From contig JAVECO010000192.1 of NCBI GenBank assembly GCA_051942205.1, forward strand, positions 1 to 41,765: a DNA stretch of 41,765 nucleotides, given 5' to 3'. This stretch comes from Coniocarpon cinnabarinum (taxonomy: Eukaryota). The notes below the pieces were generated by a model. That model saw nothing but the letters and a program-made list of their open reading frames with translations. It was not told the DNA's origin and made no database searches. A program made the translations under genes and the position numbers. Below, piece after piece: positions 23,362-35,582 of this stretch; the first letter of the stretch is position 1, and each line of letters opens with the position of its first letter.

Positions 23362-23855
23362 GGTGGCTCTGTGATATCTTCGATAGCTCAACGAATGAGC
23401 ATTCTAGTACACTTTGTTTCTGTTAGCAAACGTTTGCAAGCTTGGAACGCGTGAAGACAGCGAATTAAGGTGACGAATGTCAGGAGGAGGGTTAGGTAGA
23501 GTGAGGAAAGGTAAGTAAGCTTCGACTTGGAAAATATCAGTGTCACGGTGTGTCAATGGCGTAGGAGCTTGGGCCACCTGTAGCCCCACCGGTGCAGATT
23601 CGATATTTCGTGACATTACGAGAAGATCACCTGCAGGTTGCATCATGTGAGAATTCGGGAAAATGAATTACTGCAAAGGAAAGCGCAAGTCTTCATCTCA
23701 TGCAGGCGATCACACATGTTGCTCGTCTGCCTCGAAGTTTATGGTATTTTGTACATACTGCGTCTACGCATTATACCCGCTTAACGCCGACATATTCAAT
23801 CCCGCGACTGTCAAATGGTTCTTATTCAGCCAGCTGGGGAAGGATGCCATAATCA

Positions 23856-25662
23856 TCAGATGACGCTCCGCTCTGAATGTAACGTCATTGAGCTGTTGCG
23901 TCTGCTAAGATTGGCCACGCTGCTGTCTGGTGTGATGTCCGACACTGGTGATGGATGGCGCGCAAGTCCGTCTTCGAGCCCGCATGTAACATCATTCACT
24001 AGATGGCCAACGACGGTAGAGCCAGGTACTACCTGCACGGGCTCACTCGTATAGCTTGGTGGTCGACCAGATCCTGCACGACTTCGATAGGGTGGCAAGC
24101 TCTCTGGCTGTATATCGGCAGCTTCTTCGTCAATATCACCATGCTCAACACGAATACGACGAATCTCATTCTGCATGGCGTCTTCCAGTCTTTGTTCCTG
24201 AGCTCGAATGAGGAACCGCTTCTCTTCGTAGTCACTACTCGAGCCAGTGTTGTTGCGACCAATTCGTTGATTCCACCACGTTCGCCACTTGTGTTGACGT
24301 GCGAGGCGCGCATACTGGCGTTGAGTGCGTCGTTCCTCACGGCGAGCTGCGCGCTCTGCGCGTGCTCGCGGGTTGCAACATCGTCGATGAAGATGCACAG
24401 TGAAGCACGAGAGGCACAGAAATGCGGCAGCCACACCGATCGGCGCTAGAATGGAATGAAGCGTGTCGGTACCAGAGCCTGAGCTTGTATAAGATGAGGA
24501 AGAAGACCCCCCATATGATGAAGAAGTCTTAGGGGTTGGCCGTGGAGGTGCTTCTTGAGAGCCGAAAGCTGCATTACTACAGAGCTTCACTTCCTTCATG
24601 GCAGCAAACATTCGAGACTGTGGGGAATGGGTGTAGTAGCAGTCCGGGTCGACAGCCGTGTCAGCAGGTGATTTGGTATTTTGTGACAAACGCTGAGACG
24701 CGAGCTTGATCAAACGTCTTGCACCTTGAATAATTCTTCCGGTAAGACACTTGTCGCTTTGAGCAGGTGTTGCAGTCTCATCTGCATGACGCGCAGCCTC
24801 AACAACAGCCTTTTGTTTTCTTACGGCGGCCGTTAGGGCATCGAGCTCGTTTTCCAGATACTGCAGCTTAAGCGATTCATCGTCAGTATCCAAAACTGCA
24901 GAACTAGGCTCGGAGTCTGTGTCATCAGTGACAGTCGATGAAGAGTCACTGCGCTCGCTGTCTAGTCCGTGAGATGTCTCGGGCACGGTCAAATAGCCAA
25001 TAATTTGTTGACTCGAGCGATCGAAAGAAACCGTGAATCCAGAATTGGAGGTTGATAAATTACCGTCGATGGCTTCAATGTAGACGTGAGTAACTTGGAT
25101 CCCGTCAACCCTTGCCAGTGGCAGAGGGGAGTTGCTGACACCAGCGAGTGCACCAGGCAGGCATGAGCTGGTCGAAGAGAGTTGAAGGGTGTGGTTGATG
25201 TTGTTTATGCTACTAATCACTGAAACGTTTGCACGATCCTCGTCCAAGATCCATTCAGGACTCGGTCTACCAGACAGTGGCTGACCATTGACTTGGATGC
25301 TGGATGGGGTGCAATCAGCGCCGTCCGCTGGCTTGACGACTTGCAAAGAGAAGTCCTAGGCAGTTGTCAACAAGCTTTGCCGCAGGTGGCTTAAGGGTGC
25401 AGTGACGCGTCATACAAACGCCTCGTGGTCCGCTTGGCAAGGGACATTGAAGCTAGCACGGTGTGAGAGATCTGATGTAGCGCGCGTCAGAAAAGCACGA
25501 AGTTGGGCACACAGTCTAGAAGAACAAATCACCTGATAGAGTCTGGGCCTGAAGATTAAAAGCTGCAGTATCTGCTGCGCGCGGTGGGCTTGTGCTAATA
25601 GTGTACGAAAGAGCGACTGGCGGGGCGAGCCAGACGGCAAAACCTCTGGTCAACAGCCTCAT
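23856..25662 (-). CDS. Uncharacterised single-pass membrane protein with probable signal peptide; exons 25662-25533, 25471-25416, 25355-23856
   Basis: ATG 25662 gives MRLLTRGFAVWLAPPVALS; two GT-AG introns join to the 496-aa ORF. One TM helix (ILAPIGVAAAFLCLSCFTV) is followed by an Arg-rich stretch (RAERAARREERR), DYEEKR and LPPY/PPSY (PY-like) motifs. Confidence 0.75.
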
Positions 25663-26317
25663 CTTGAAAGGATTAAGTTACTTATGTGGAAGTGAATATG
25701 ACTGTGAAATGAAGCAGCGACAGTCGCCACCGCGTGGCGAAGGTGTCAATGGCAGCACAGCCAATGCATTGGAAGAGCACCAAACGGAGCTGGAGAGCAT
25801 GCGAGGGGAATCATCAACAAAAGGGAGGAGTGGGGGGAAAGAGGATGGGTGGAAACGTCAGCGTCAGCCGGGGGCTCAAGGCGGCCGAATTGTTGGTGAT
25901 TGAGGTCCGTGGGATTCGAGCTGCTTCTTGCACGGCCGATGCAGTGTCGAATCGGATGGGGAGAGTGACAGTGCTGCTTTGCGTCTAGAGTGTCTGCCTC
26001 GTGTAGTTCTCTGCAGGGGAGCACTGCGTTCTTGCCAACTTGCAACGTGGCCTCTCCTCTCTCTCTCCGCCGTCGGCCTCATTGACGTCCGTTGCTCAGC
26101 CTCCCCGACTCTCCGAACCTGACTCGGACATGTCGGCGTCCCAAAAGAGTCAAGCGCAGCCGGGGCTTGGCCGCATCGTCTCGTTCTCGCAAACCATCCA
26201 GGTACTGAGCTTTGTGGTGGAATACTTCGAATCTTTCGGCGCTTGGAGTTCGCGGAGCTTTAAACGACCTTGTCCACCCGTCGCATACGTTCTCATTGAG
26301 CTTGGACTCTTCCAGTC

Positions 26318-26862
26318 ATGGTAAGTTCGGCCCCACGTCTCACTTCACCCGCTTGATGCACAGTGAAGACGTCTCACAGCAACAGACATCTAATTACTGC
26401 TCTCCACTTCACAGCTCCCTCTCGGTCTCCTCAACGCCGCCCAAGGCCATCAGATCCTCGTCGAGCTGAAGAATGGTGAAAACGTCAATGGCGTCCTCCT
26501 CAATTGCGATACGTGGATGAATCTGATACTCAAGGGTGTGATCCAAACAAGCCCAGAAGGCGACCGCTTTCACAAGATGCCCGAGCTCTATGTGCGCGGT
26601 AACAACGTGGGTCAATTGACGGGCGAAAAAAAAGTCGTTGCAACCAGTTCCAGAAGCTAACGGCATCCCACAGATCAAATACCTGCGCGTCGAAGATTCG
26701 GTACTAGAAAAGGTCAAGGAGCAGCAACAGCGTGAACAGGCCCAGCGACAAGCTCAGCGCGGCGGCCGTGAAGGCATGCGCGGCGATTTTGCTAGCCGTG
26801 GTGATAGAGGAGGAAGAGGAGGCCCTCGCGGTGGTCGCGGTCGTGGTCGAGGTCGAGGTTGA
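26318..26862 (+). CDS. LSM4: U6 snRNA-associated Sm-like protein Lsm4; exons 26318-26320, 26415-26606, 26674-26862
   Basis: Spliced product M-LPLGLLNAAQGHQILVELKNGENVNG.L..CDTWMNL.L..V.QTSPEGDRF.KMPE.YVRGNN-IKYLRV with an RGG-rich tail. Confidence 0.95.
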
Positions 26863-27338
26863 CGCGAAATTGCACTCTCACATCTGCCAACAATGCGAGA
26901 TGGAGCGTCTCATCCGAACCAGGCATTCAGTCAGATTTCGCACCATTCCGCTTGGTTGGATTGGTGATGAGTATGATTCGAAGACATGCCATGCCTGGGA
27001 CGAGACGTGTCACGCAACGATTTTTGATCGAACCCGCATTTCACAAGATTGCCTGGCTCAGTATTCTCACTGGGCATGAAGCGGGGAGGGGCATAGAAAC
27101 TCGCGATTTGACCATTCCTGGTTTCTACAGCTTCAAATACTGGCACGATTCTGTGAAGACCTACTTCACGTAGTAGAACCACGTGATTCACATTGGTCGA
27201 ATTGGAGATACTACGAGATCTCGGGTAAAAGCCGACCCAAAGATCGCGAATCAGGGCAGGGTCTCGGAAATCACGTTGAACCTTGGCTTTACAGCTTCTC
27301 GGTGTCTTTGAGATTATCCCAAGATATCAGAATGTAGC

Positions 27339-29152
27339 ATGCGAATCTTGATAGCGCATGTACAAAGACATGTGCGCCATTCAAATTCGTTTTGGCGCTT
27401 CTATAGCGCTCGTCATGGCGTATGTACACCTTTTGCTCCAACGACTATCCTCATTAACAGGAGCTCACGTAGGTGGCCATTGACACGCCAGCTTCCACAT
27501 CTTCACCTTCCGAGCTAAAAACACCACCCTATATCTTCTCAAACGAATGGTCCTCCACAACACCCGCCAACCTCGGACATGCCGCACCCGAAGACATCAC
27601 CGCAGCACCACAGGAAAAGTCAGACCACCACATCCCTCACATCCCTCAGGTCCCTCTCATCACCAAGCCCGGCCCAATCACCCCCTCCGACCTCACACGC
27701 CTCATATCTCACTGCGCCCACCCAACCCATGGCTCCACCCGCCTCATCGAAATGCTCCTCTCTCTCCATCCGGATCCTCAAACACCCACCTACCATGCCG
27801 CGCTGCGCGCCCTAGCCGTGCATCCCTCCCCCTTCCTTCTCCACGACATCCTCTCTCAAATGTCCGAGCGCTGGATCTCTGTCTCTCCATCCGGCCGCCA
27901 CGACGTAGCTGTTTGCCTCATTCGGAATACCCAGCTTGAAGAGGCGCTCGAATATATTGAGGACATGGAGAATCAGAATGTTGCTGTTAAGGGATGGCTA
28001 TATGATATGCTTCTCTATTCCTTGCTATTGCATCATGAGCTCGACGAAGCGACAAGATTGCTAAGGCATCGGATCAGTACTGGAGCTGGCGGTGACATCA
28101 ACATAAATACGTATTATCTCCTCTTCGACGCAGCATGCGAACGGCTTCATTACCCAGCGATAACCCTAATCTGGACCCGTCAAGTCCGCGCTGACGCCGA
28201 AGCCGTCAAACCGACAGCTGGACACTGTCTATCTGTCCTCCGCACAGCGGCACGCAACGCCGACGTGGCACTCGCCGAACAAGCAATGCAGCTCCTCAAC
28301 AAACGCGGCATCGTGCTCGGAATCCCGCATTATGAGCTGCTACTCGACGCCCACGTCGGCGTGATCAAATCGCTAGGTCGACCTGAAGCTAAGACTGAGG
28401 CAGCGCGTCAAAGCGTGCGCATGCTTGAGAAAGCAGTGCGAGTGATCGTGGCGATGGGAAAGGCAGGATTGACCGTGACGCGCAACTCCACGCGGAATTT
28501 CCTTTCGTGCTTGACGCAAGACGAGCGCAGTCTCGAGATCGTGGCACGGGCATTGGAACACACGCATACGACGGGCTCGGCAGTGCCAGTTGCAGCCGTC
28601 GACACGTTACTAGAAGGCTATATCCACTTCGCCGGCCTTTCCGGACCAGTCGATACAGGCACCGCGAAAGCGTGGTTGGACAAAGCACTGGCGTTGTATC
28701 GACGAATACATATTCTGTGTCAAACAAGCCCTGGGATCTACACATTCAATGTCCTCTTGAATGGATGCGTAATGGTTGGCAATGCAAAGAGCGAGGCTAT
28801 GTATCTTGCGAGGGAGATGGTGGCGATAGCGATGCGGCCGAATGCAGTGACGTATGATCGGCTTGTACTGGTATGTCTACGCGGTGCTGAGGGTGAAAGC
28901 GGTGCTGCAGCAACCGAACAAGGAGAGGAGGAAGAGGACAGATATGCACATGAGGACGCGTTTCGATATCTGCAGGAAATGGAGGGCAAAGGGTGGATAC
29001 CGCGCGCAGGGACCTTGAAGGAGATGGTGGAGACGTGTGCGAGGGCAGGAGATGAGCGGGCGTGGGAGCTACTGGAAAAGATGAGACAAGCTGGTTACGA
29101 AACCAAAGACTTAAGGGCGTGGCTCGAGGACAAGATGGAAGAATTTTTGTGA
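27339..29152 (+). CDS. Mitochondrial pentatricopeptide-repeat protein; exons 27339-27419, 27473-29152
   Basis: Exon 1 MRILIAHVQRHVRHSNSFWRFYSARHG looks like a mitochondrial presequence; intron GTATGT...TAG at 27420-27472; PPR motifs PGIYTFNVLLNGC, PNAVTYDRLVLVC, YLQEMEGKGWIP. Confidence 0.82.
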
Positions 29153-29259
29153 CACCCTTAGCCATATCTCCAGCGATATGCAATTAGCGCTGTACATTAG
29201 GTGTTGTAATCTATAAGATACCCTGTACGCCCCTCGCTGTGGGGCGGGACCTCAACACT

Positions 29260-31806
29260 TCAATGTCTGTTCGCGTCAGCTAGCTTTGACATGGGGACGA
29301 GGGTTGTGTCAGCTTCGATCGCTTCGATCACATCCGAATGAGACGGTCTTTCCTCAGTACCAACCTCGTCCAGTGCTGTGTCAACGAGCTGACCCTGTTT
29401 TTGAGTGAAGGATTGGTCTCTGTATACCTTCGTCTTCACAGAATTACGGGCAACGCTGGAGCTGCTCGGCTGTCTGCCGAAACTGTTGCGATGTCTGATA
29501 CGGGTGGGTACGTCGAAGCTGTTTTGGCTCAGTCGCAAAGAAGTCAATGCGCTCCCAGCTGCAGGTGGATGCGATCGGGATTTACTAGGATCGCGTGCGG
29601 TAGACCGCTGTCCGCTGAGGTTTTCATGAAGCTCGACATCGCTGCTTGCCAAGGAGCGAAGGCTCTCTGCGCGACGAGGCAGATAAATGCTTTGTCCTGC
29701 ATCCGTAGATCGGCTCTTCGTGGAATCGACACTTGCTCTCGGCGGCCTAGCACTGCGAGGGGAGGTGGTGCCTTCCAAATCATCCCGTGAGTCCTCGCTT
29801 GCATCCAGCAAGGATCTTTCAGAGGAGCTTGTGTGAAGCAGCTGACTTTGTTCGAGATGACGACTCTTGAAACGACCTTCGAGTCGGTCCGAAGGTTGCA
29901 GTGACACACCTGGCGTTTTGATATCTCGTCGAAGCGTCTGACATTCCACCGCGGGTCGAAACGTCTCCGGAATCACATTCAGATCGTCACCCGTTTCCTC
30001 GGCATACTCAATGGCCGTGCGTGGAGAAGTCACTGCGTCCGCTTGTGCAGCGTCAACTCTAGGTCCACCCCATGTTCGATGGCCTGCAGTCAAGATGCCG
30101 TAGACCACGAAGATCCAGTCAAAGAATGGTCCGAGGATGAACAACATTGGGTATAGAAGCATCTTCCAGCGTCCGAGCCTCGCAGCGAAATAGACCATCA
30201 GCACCTAGTTGAGGCCCAGGGCAATGATCACGAAGCCGACAGGGAGATCGCTGCCTTCTTGTGAGTCTGTCAAGAGCGCAATGATCACCACGAAGAAGAA
30301 AAGCCCAGTGGTCCTGATCGTGTCTTGCGCAAGCCGTATGAGACACAGGAATGGGTAACGTCTCCAGACTCGCTTGTCTGTCAACATGCAGACTTCATTG
30401 GTGACAAAGCCAAGAAACCAACGCCGTCGTTGTTTCAATAGAGCCTTGAAAGAACTGACAGCCTCCGTCTTGCAAAGGGCGGCTGAGGTGACACCAATTT
30501 GATATCGCTTTTCAGAAGCAATCATGAAAAGATGTGTCAGCCAGCGGTCTTCGCCAAGGTGACATTTACCGTAGTCAAAGAGGTCGTTGCACTGTTCTGC
30601 CTTGTCAGCAAAGTACTCCTTGGCTAAGCTTTGGAACGCAGATATCCGTAAGACGGTCAGCGCTCCCGGCAAACAAGTCACTGCCCCGCAGCCAGCTTCC
30701 ACTGATCGTTCGAAGAGCTGCCCATGAACATATTCCAGATCTTGCATGAGGGTGATGATTGACACGCGAGCGGTCGTGCAAGTCACAACGCCAGTCATGG
30801 CTAGCATATTGTGTTCCGATCCAGGCTTGAGCTCTATCTCGTACATCCTGCCAAATAATTAGCATGATTGACCCAAGTGTCTTCATTGAAGCAGGAGCCC
30901 ACAGCTTGAGGATACAGAATTTGTCCAGCACGCAGTCAGAGTCAATGAAGAGGACGAAAATGTCGTCGTTTACAGGTATGTATTCGCCGTAGAGTATATT
31001 GACGAGCTTGAATGTTTGTTTCTGGCAATGGCGCTTACCGCCATGGCCAAAACGTGATACAGTCACACGAACGTTCTTGAAGACGACATCAATGCTGATG
31101 GGGAAGCCAGAACTGCGTACTAGAGGCACACCTAAACGTTGGATAGTGTCGAGGTACAACTGATCCTCATCTTCGCCGTCGAAAGAAAGGAAAACATGAA
31201 TGCAAGACTTCGGGTATACGCTCTCGACAATGGAGTTGACTGTGCGCAGAAGCAAGTCCGGCGGCTCCTTATAACAAGGCAGGATGACAACCACTTTCGG
31301 AGCAGAATCATCTTCAAGCAAAATTTCCGCGGCTTTAGGCTTTGTTGGTGAATGTAGGATCAATTGATAGATGCAAAGCAGCCACGGTACCACCAACACT
31401 GCTGAGAAACAGGAGAAGGCAAACCATTGGAGGCCAGCAATGGCCTGACTAGGCACAAGATGTGAGGCTTGATCTGCATATGAGAGACTGACAGCAATAA
31501 CCGGAAGGAATGACAACCTTTGGTGTAAATTAGTAGGGACCAGCTGCTGTGCTTCTGTGCGTTCGGTACCGTAGAAGGAGGAAGACAAGGACCATCAAAA
31601 CGGCAGCCAAACGGGTGCTCCAATCATCTGCTTTCTGATACACTTTTCCAAAACAGTACAGGAAAGCCAAGAGCCAGAGAATCCATTCGACAAGAGCTGT
31701 TGTGACAACGAATCCCAGTATCGATACGTACACGATCTGCTGTTCCTTTAATCTGAAAGCGACTTAAATATTTGGAGGCTGCTCTTACATCTTTGGTTGG
31801 CCACAT
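29260..31806 (-). CDS. Class VI (ChsD-like) chitin synthase, GT2, with one internal in-frame TAG at 30207-30205; exons 31806-31789, 31736-31570, 31517-30903, 30847-29260
   Basis: Motifs LPCYKE, HGGKRHCQ, LFIDSD, QDLEY, VTCLPGAL, HLGEDRWLT, QRRRWFLG and TWGGPR. Three canonical introns. Codon 481 of the spliced model is TAG (GLN*VLMVYF), followed by 314 open codons. Confidence 0.85.
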
Positions 31807-33063
31807 AATGCGGTCAACCAACAGAGCGAGTCTCTTCTGCCAAATGGCCAGTCGACAATGATGCAGGTCGAACAAAGATATGCTCTCGGTCATGCAAGTT
31901 ACAGGTTCCATCTACAATGTGCTCCTTCCGCCGCAATCTGGGAAAGAGCGAGCGCGAGCATGCGTCAGGGCGTACATTCCTCTGCGCTCGATTGGTCCCG
32001 CCATTGTTGTGTCTGATGTCTGTAAAAAGGAATGTCTAGAAAGTTTATTCAAATTTTTGTCTTGCACGTACTTGAGTGGTGCTTGGTATGTGATAAGTAG
32101 TCGTGCCCGCTCTGAGCAGAACTTCTTACTCATTTGTTTGCCTATATACATGATTTGATTCGCACGGGCCGAGATCGCAGTTCTTGCTTCGACTGATCAG
32201 AGAAGGGAATGCTCCTGTGTCGCGCATTGTCTGAACGTCTGTGACAAGAATCTCCAGTGGAAAAGAGACACAATGGCAAATACTTCATTTTCAAGGGCCA
32301 TCCTGAGGAGAGAGAGAGGGACTATGTAGCACAGCACAGCAAAGGAACACAAGATGCGGATCTTGTGTCTCGACGCCATGTTAGGGTACAAGCATCGGGC
32401 GCTGACGACTGAAGTGTGACAGAAGGAAAGAGGAGACAGAGGTATTGTTAGCATGATCTCCCAGCGGTTGCACGGGCCTTGGCTTCATCACCCGATCACG
32501 CTCTGCAAAAACAGTGACGCAGATGGAAATGAATGTGGAACAATGGGACCACAGATTGAAGGAGAAGACGAGGTGGGCAGTGACGGCAGTAGTGTGGTTA
32601 ATACCCGTGATGCCCCAGGATAGAAATCAGGCTAGCTTCCACAAGAGGACAAGCGTGAGGATGGGCGTGGGTAATTTGCCTTGCCCTCAGGAGATTCCAC
32701 GCTGTACCTCCATCCACATCATTCGTCGACTTGCCCAACCGCGTGTCTTCTGCGTCCCCACGCTCGTCTCTTTTTCGCCCATCGCCGTCGCGGCTGTCGC
32801 CTTTCCCTTCATCGTCGCTGCTGTGCCCTCTGTGTTACAGGCACTCGTTTCAAGGAGGTGTGCGACTCGCCGCTTCCCTTGCTCGTCCCAGGTGAGACGA
32901 TCCTCCTCCCGACCTCGTGGCTTTTCCCGTCCTGCTCTTCTTCACGTCTTCGTCAAGGTGCCTTCGCGGCTTCTGCTACGGCCATCAGCTCACTACGACC
33001 TCCTGCTGACACCACCGCAGTCGCTCGTTCAGTCTCGATCATATTTGAACCTCTTCAGGCGAA

Positions 33064-34721
33064 ATGGGTATGTGCGCTATAGCTCCTTCCCCATACAGCG
33101 TCCATCATGTAGGCCTCCGTTTGGCGATGGTTTTGCGCGCCCACGTTTTCGAGCAGGAAGATGATTCCCCAGCAAGATCGATGCTAACATGCAATGACAG
33201 CAAACGCAGCCGTCAGCAGCCCTCCCACGAGCGCGCCTCCGGCACGTCCTTCGCCATCACCTGCCAATGCATCGGCCATGCCCAATGGAAAACCTGCGTC
33301 CCCATTCACTGAATCGAAATCGCCTGCATCGAGTACAACCGCTCAGCCGACTTCCTCAGCTCACAAAGACCCCAAAGCGGCCGCAGCGGCCGCGACAGAC
33401 TCCAGGAATGTCGTCCGGAGGAAGCTCACGGGCTATGTGGGTTTCGCGAACTTGCCCAACCAATGGCACCGTAAGAGTGTGCGAAAGGGTTTCAACTTCA
33501 ATGTGATGGTGGTTGGTGCGTAACGACATTGCAATAGCTTTGCAGCGATGGTCGCTTCTAACAGCAGTCAGGCGAGTCGGGCCTCGGTAAATCGACCCTG
33601 GTGAACACACTCTTCAACACCTCCTTGTACCCTCCCAAGGAGCGCAAGGGTCCAAGTTTGGACATCATTCCTAAGACTGTCTCAATTCAATCGATCAGCG
33701 CGGATATCGAAGAGAACGGTGTGCGTCTACGACTGACGGTAGTCGACACCCCTGGCTTTGGAGACTTCGTCAACAACGATGACTCTTGGCAACCCATTGT
33801 TCAAAATATCGAGCAGCGCTTCGACGCCTATCTCGATGCAGAGAACAAAATCAACCGGATGAATATTGTCGACAATCGCGTGCATGCATGCGTTTATTTC
33901 ATTCAACCCACGGGCCATTCTCTGAAGCCATTGGACGTCGAGGTCATGCGCCGTCTCCATGCACGAGTCAACTTGATACCCGTCATCGCTAAGTCAGATA
34001 CGCTGACGGACGACGAAGTGCAAGCGTTTAAGCAGAGGGTAAGTTACAGAATAATCACATTGCATGGAGGAAAATCACTGACCAACTTCAGATCCTTGCA
34101 GATATCCAGTACCATTCAATACAGATCTTCGAAGGTCCTAAATACGAATTAGATGATGAAGAGACGATCGCAGAAAATCAAGAGATCCTCTCTAAGGTGC
34201 CTTTTGCTATTGTTGGCGCCAACACTGAAGTGTCCAATACTGAAGGTAAGAAAGTGCGTGGCCGCCGCTACCCGTGGGGCGTGATTGAAGTGGATAACGA
34301 AGACCACTGTGACTTCGTCAAGCTTCGACAGATGCTCGTCCGCACGCACATGGAGGAACTCAAGGAGCACACCAACAATTTCTTGTACGAGAACTACCGC
34401 TCAGACAAGCTCACCACAATGGGCGTTGCACAAGATCACAGCGTGTTCAAGGAAATCAACCCGTCAGTCAAGCAAGAAGAAGAGCGCTCGCTCCACGAGC
34501 AAAAGCTGCAGAAAATGGAGATGGAGATGAAGATGGTCTTCCAGCAAAAGGTAGCCGAAAAGGAGAGCAAGCTACGGCAGAGTGAAGACGAGCTGTATGC
34601 TCGTCACAAGGACATGAAAGATCAGCTGGAAAAGCAGAGATTGGAACTCGAGGAGAAGAGGCAGCGAGTCGAGAGTGGTCGGCCGATGGAGACGAAGAGA
34701 AAGGGCTTTTCACTCCGCTAA
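33064..34721 (+). CDS. CDC3: Septin Cdc3/AspB; exons 33064-33067, 33201-33515, 33572-34038, 34092-34721
   Basis: [60 protein letters not shown] and a C-terminal coiled coil ending RKGFSLR; three canonical introns. Confidence 0.95.
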
Positions 34722-35582
34722 TCACGGGCTTCGCTTCATCTCGGTCAGTTTGCTGCGCAAACACATTCGACCCTCCCGTTCCCATTCCAATTCTGCTGCT
34801 CGACACGACATCTCCGCCTCCTCGCGATTTCTCTCCCGGCGTACGGCCGAGTGCTTTATGCCTCGACATGGCAATATACGACGCATACGCGCATTTCTCC
34901 AGTTCGGTCTCAGTTCCCTTTACGAGAATTGGTTGTTGATTTTGGGTCCGTAAGATACCTTAAGCGTGGGCGAAAGAAGAAGTGGCAAAGACCGAATGGA
35001 GGAGCGTGACGCGTTGACTTCTTTGTAATGTATTACCTGGAGTCGTTCTAATATGAATTTCGTCTTCTCTGAGACCTCTGCACTTTTGCCTGAGTTACCT
35101 ACTACGGGCTGCAAATCAAGTACTTGCATGGTCACGTGCTCGTCCCGTCCACCGTCCAAGCTTGTTGGCAGAATTGCATCACCGGCACACTCGCTTGATT
35201 TCGCAGCTCCCACACCTGCCGACACGTTTGTCCAGTTGCTCTCTGCCCTACAGACAGCATATCTCCAGCTCAGCGTCTCTGCCGGTCTTCGTGGTAAGCC
35301 TGTGCCTTGCGCCTACCTATTTGAAGCCTGACTTGACAAGGCTGTAGCTCTGCCGCGCGCCTTCTCCGCAATCTTATCTGGTAAGGCCGTCTCCTCAACT
35401 GGGCTCTTATTTGTGTTGCCTACAGCTCACCAAAGACCTTTCCAATCCCTCATCCTCCCACAAGACATTCAAAGTACACATCAGCTCGTGACGCGTCCGC
35501 TGAAACATATCTTTATTGAAGCACTCTTCCACATCTGTTAAAGCCACAACCACGTTCGAAGTTCATCTAGCGCAGAAACACG

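Noticed and set aside
28161..28169. TAACCCTAA, a perfect match to the canonical fungal telomerase template
   Set aside because: It lies inside the PPR coding exon (codons for I-T-L-I); most likely a chance match.
32514..33164. 216-aa ORF upstream of the septin
   Set aside because: Covers the pyrimidine-rich promoter, 5'UTR and first intron of CDC3; no protein-like features.
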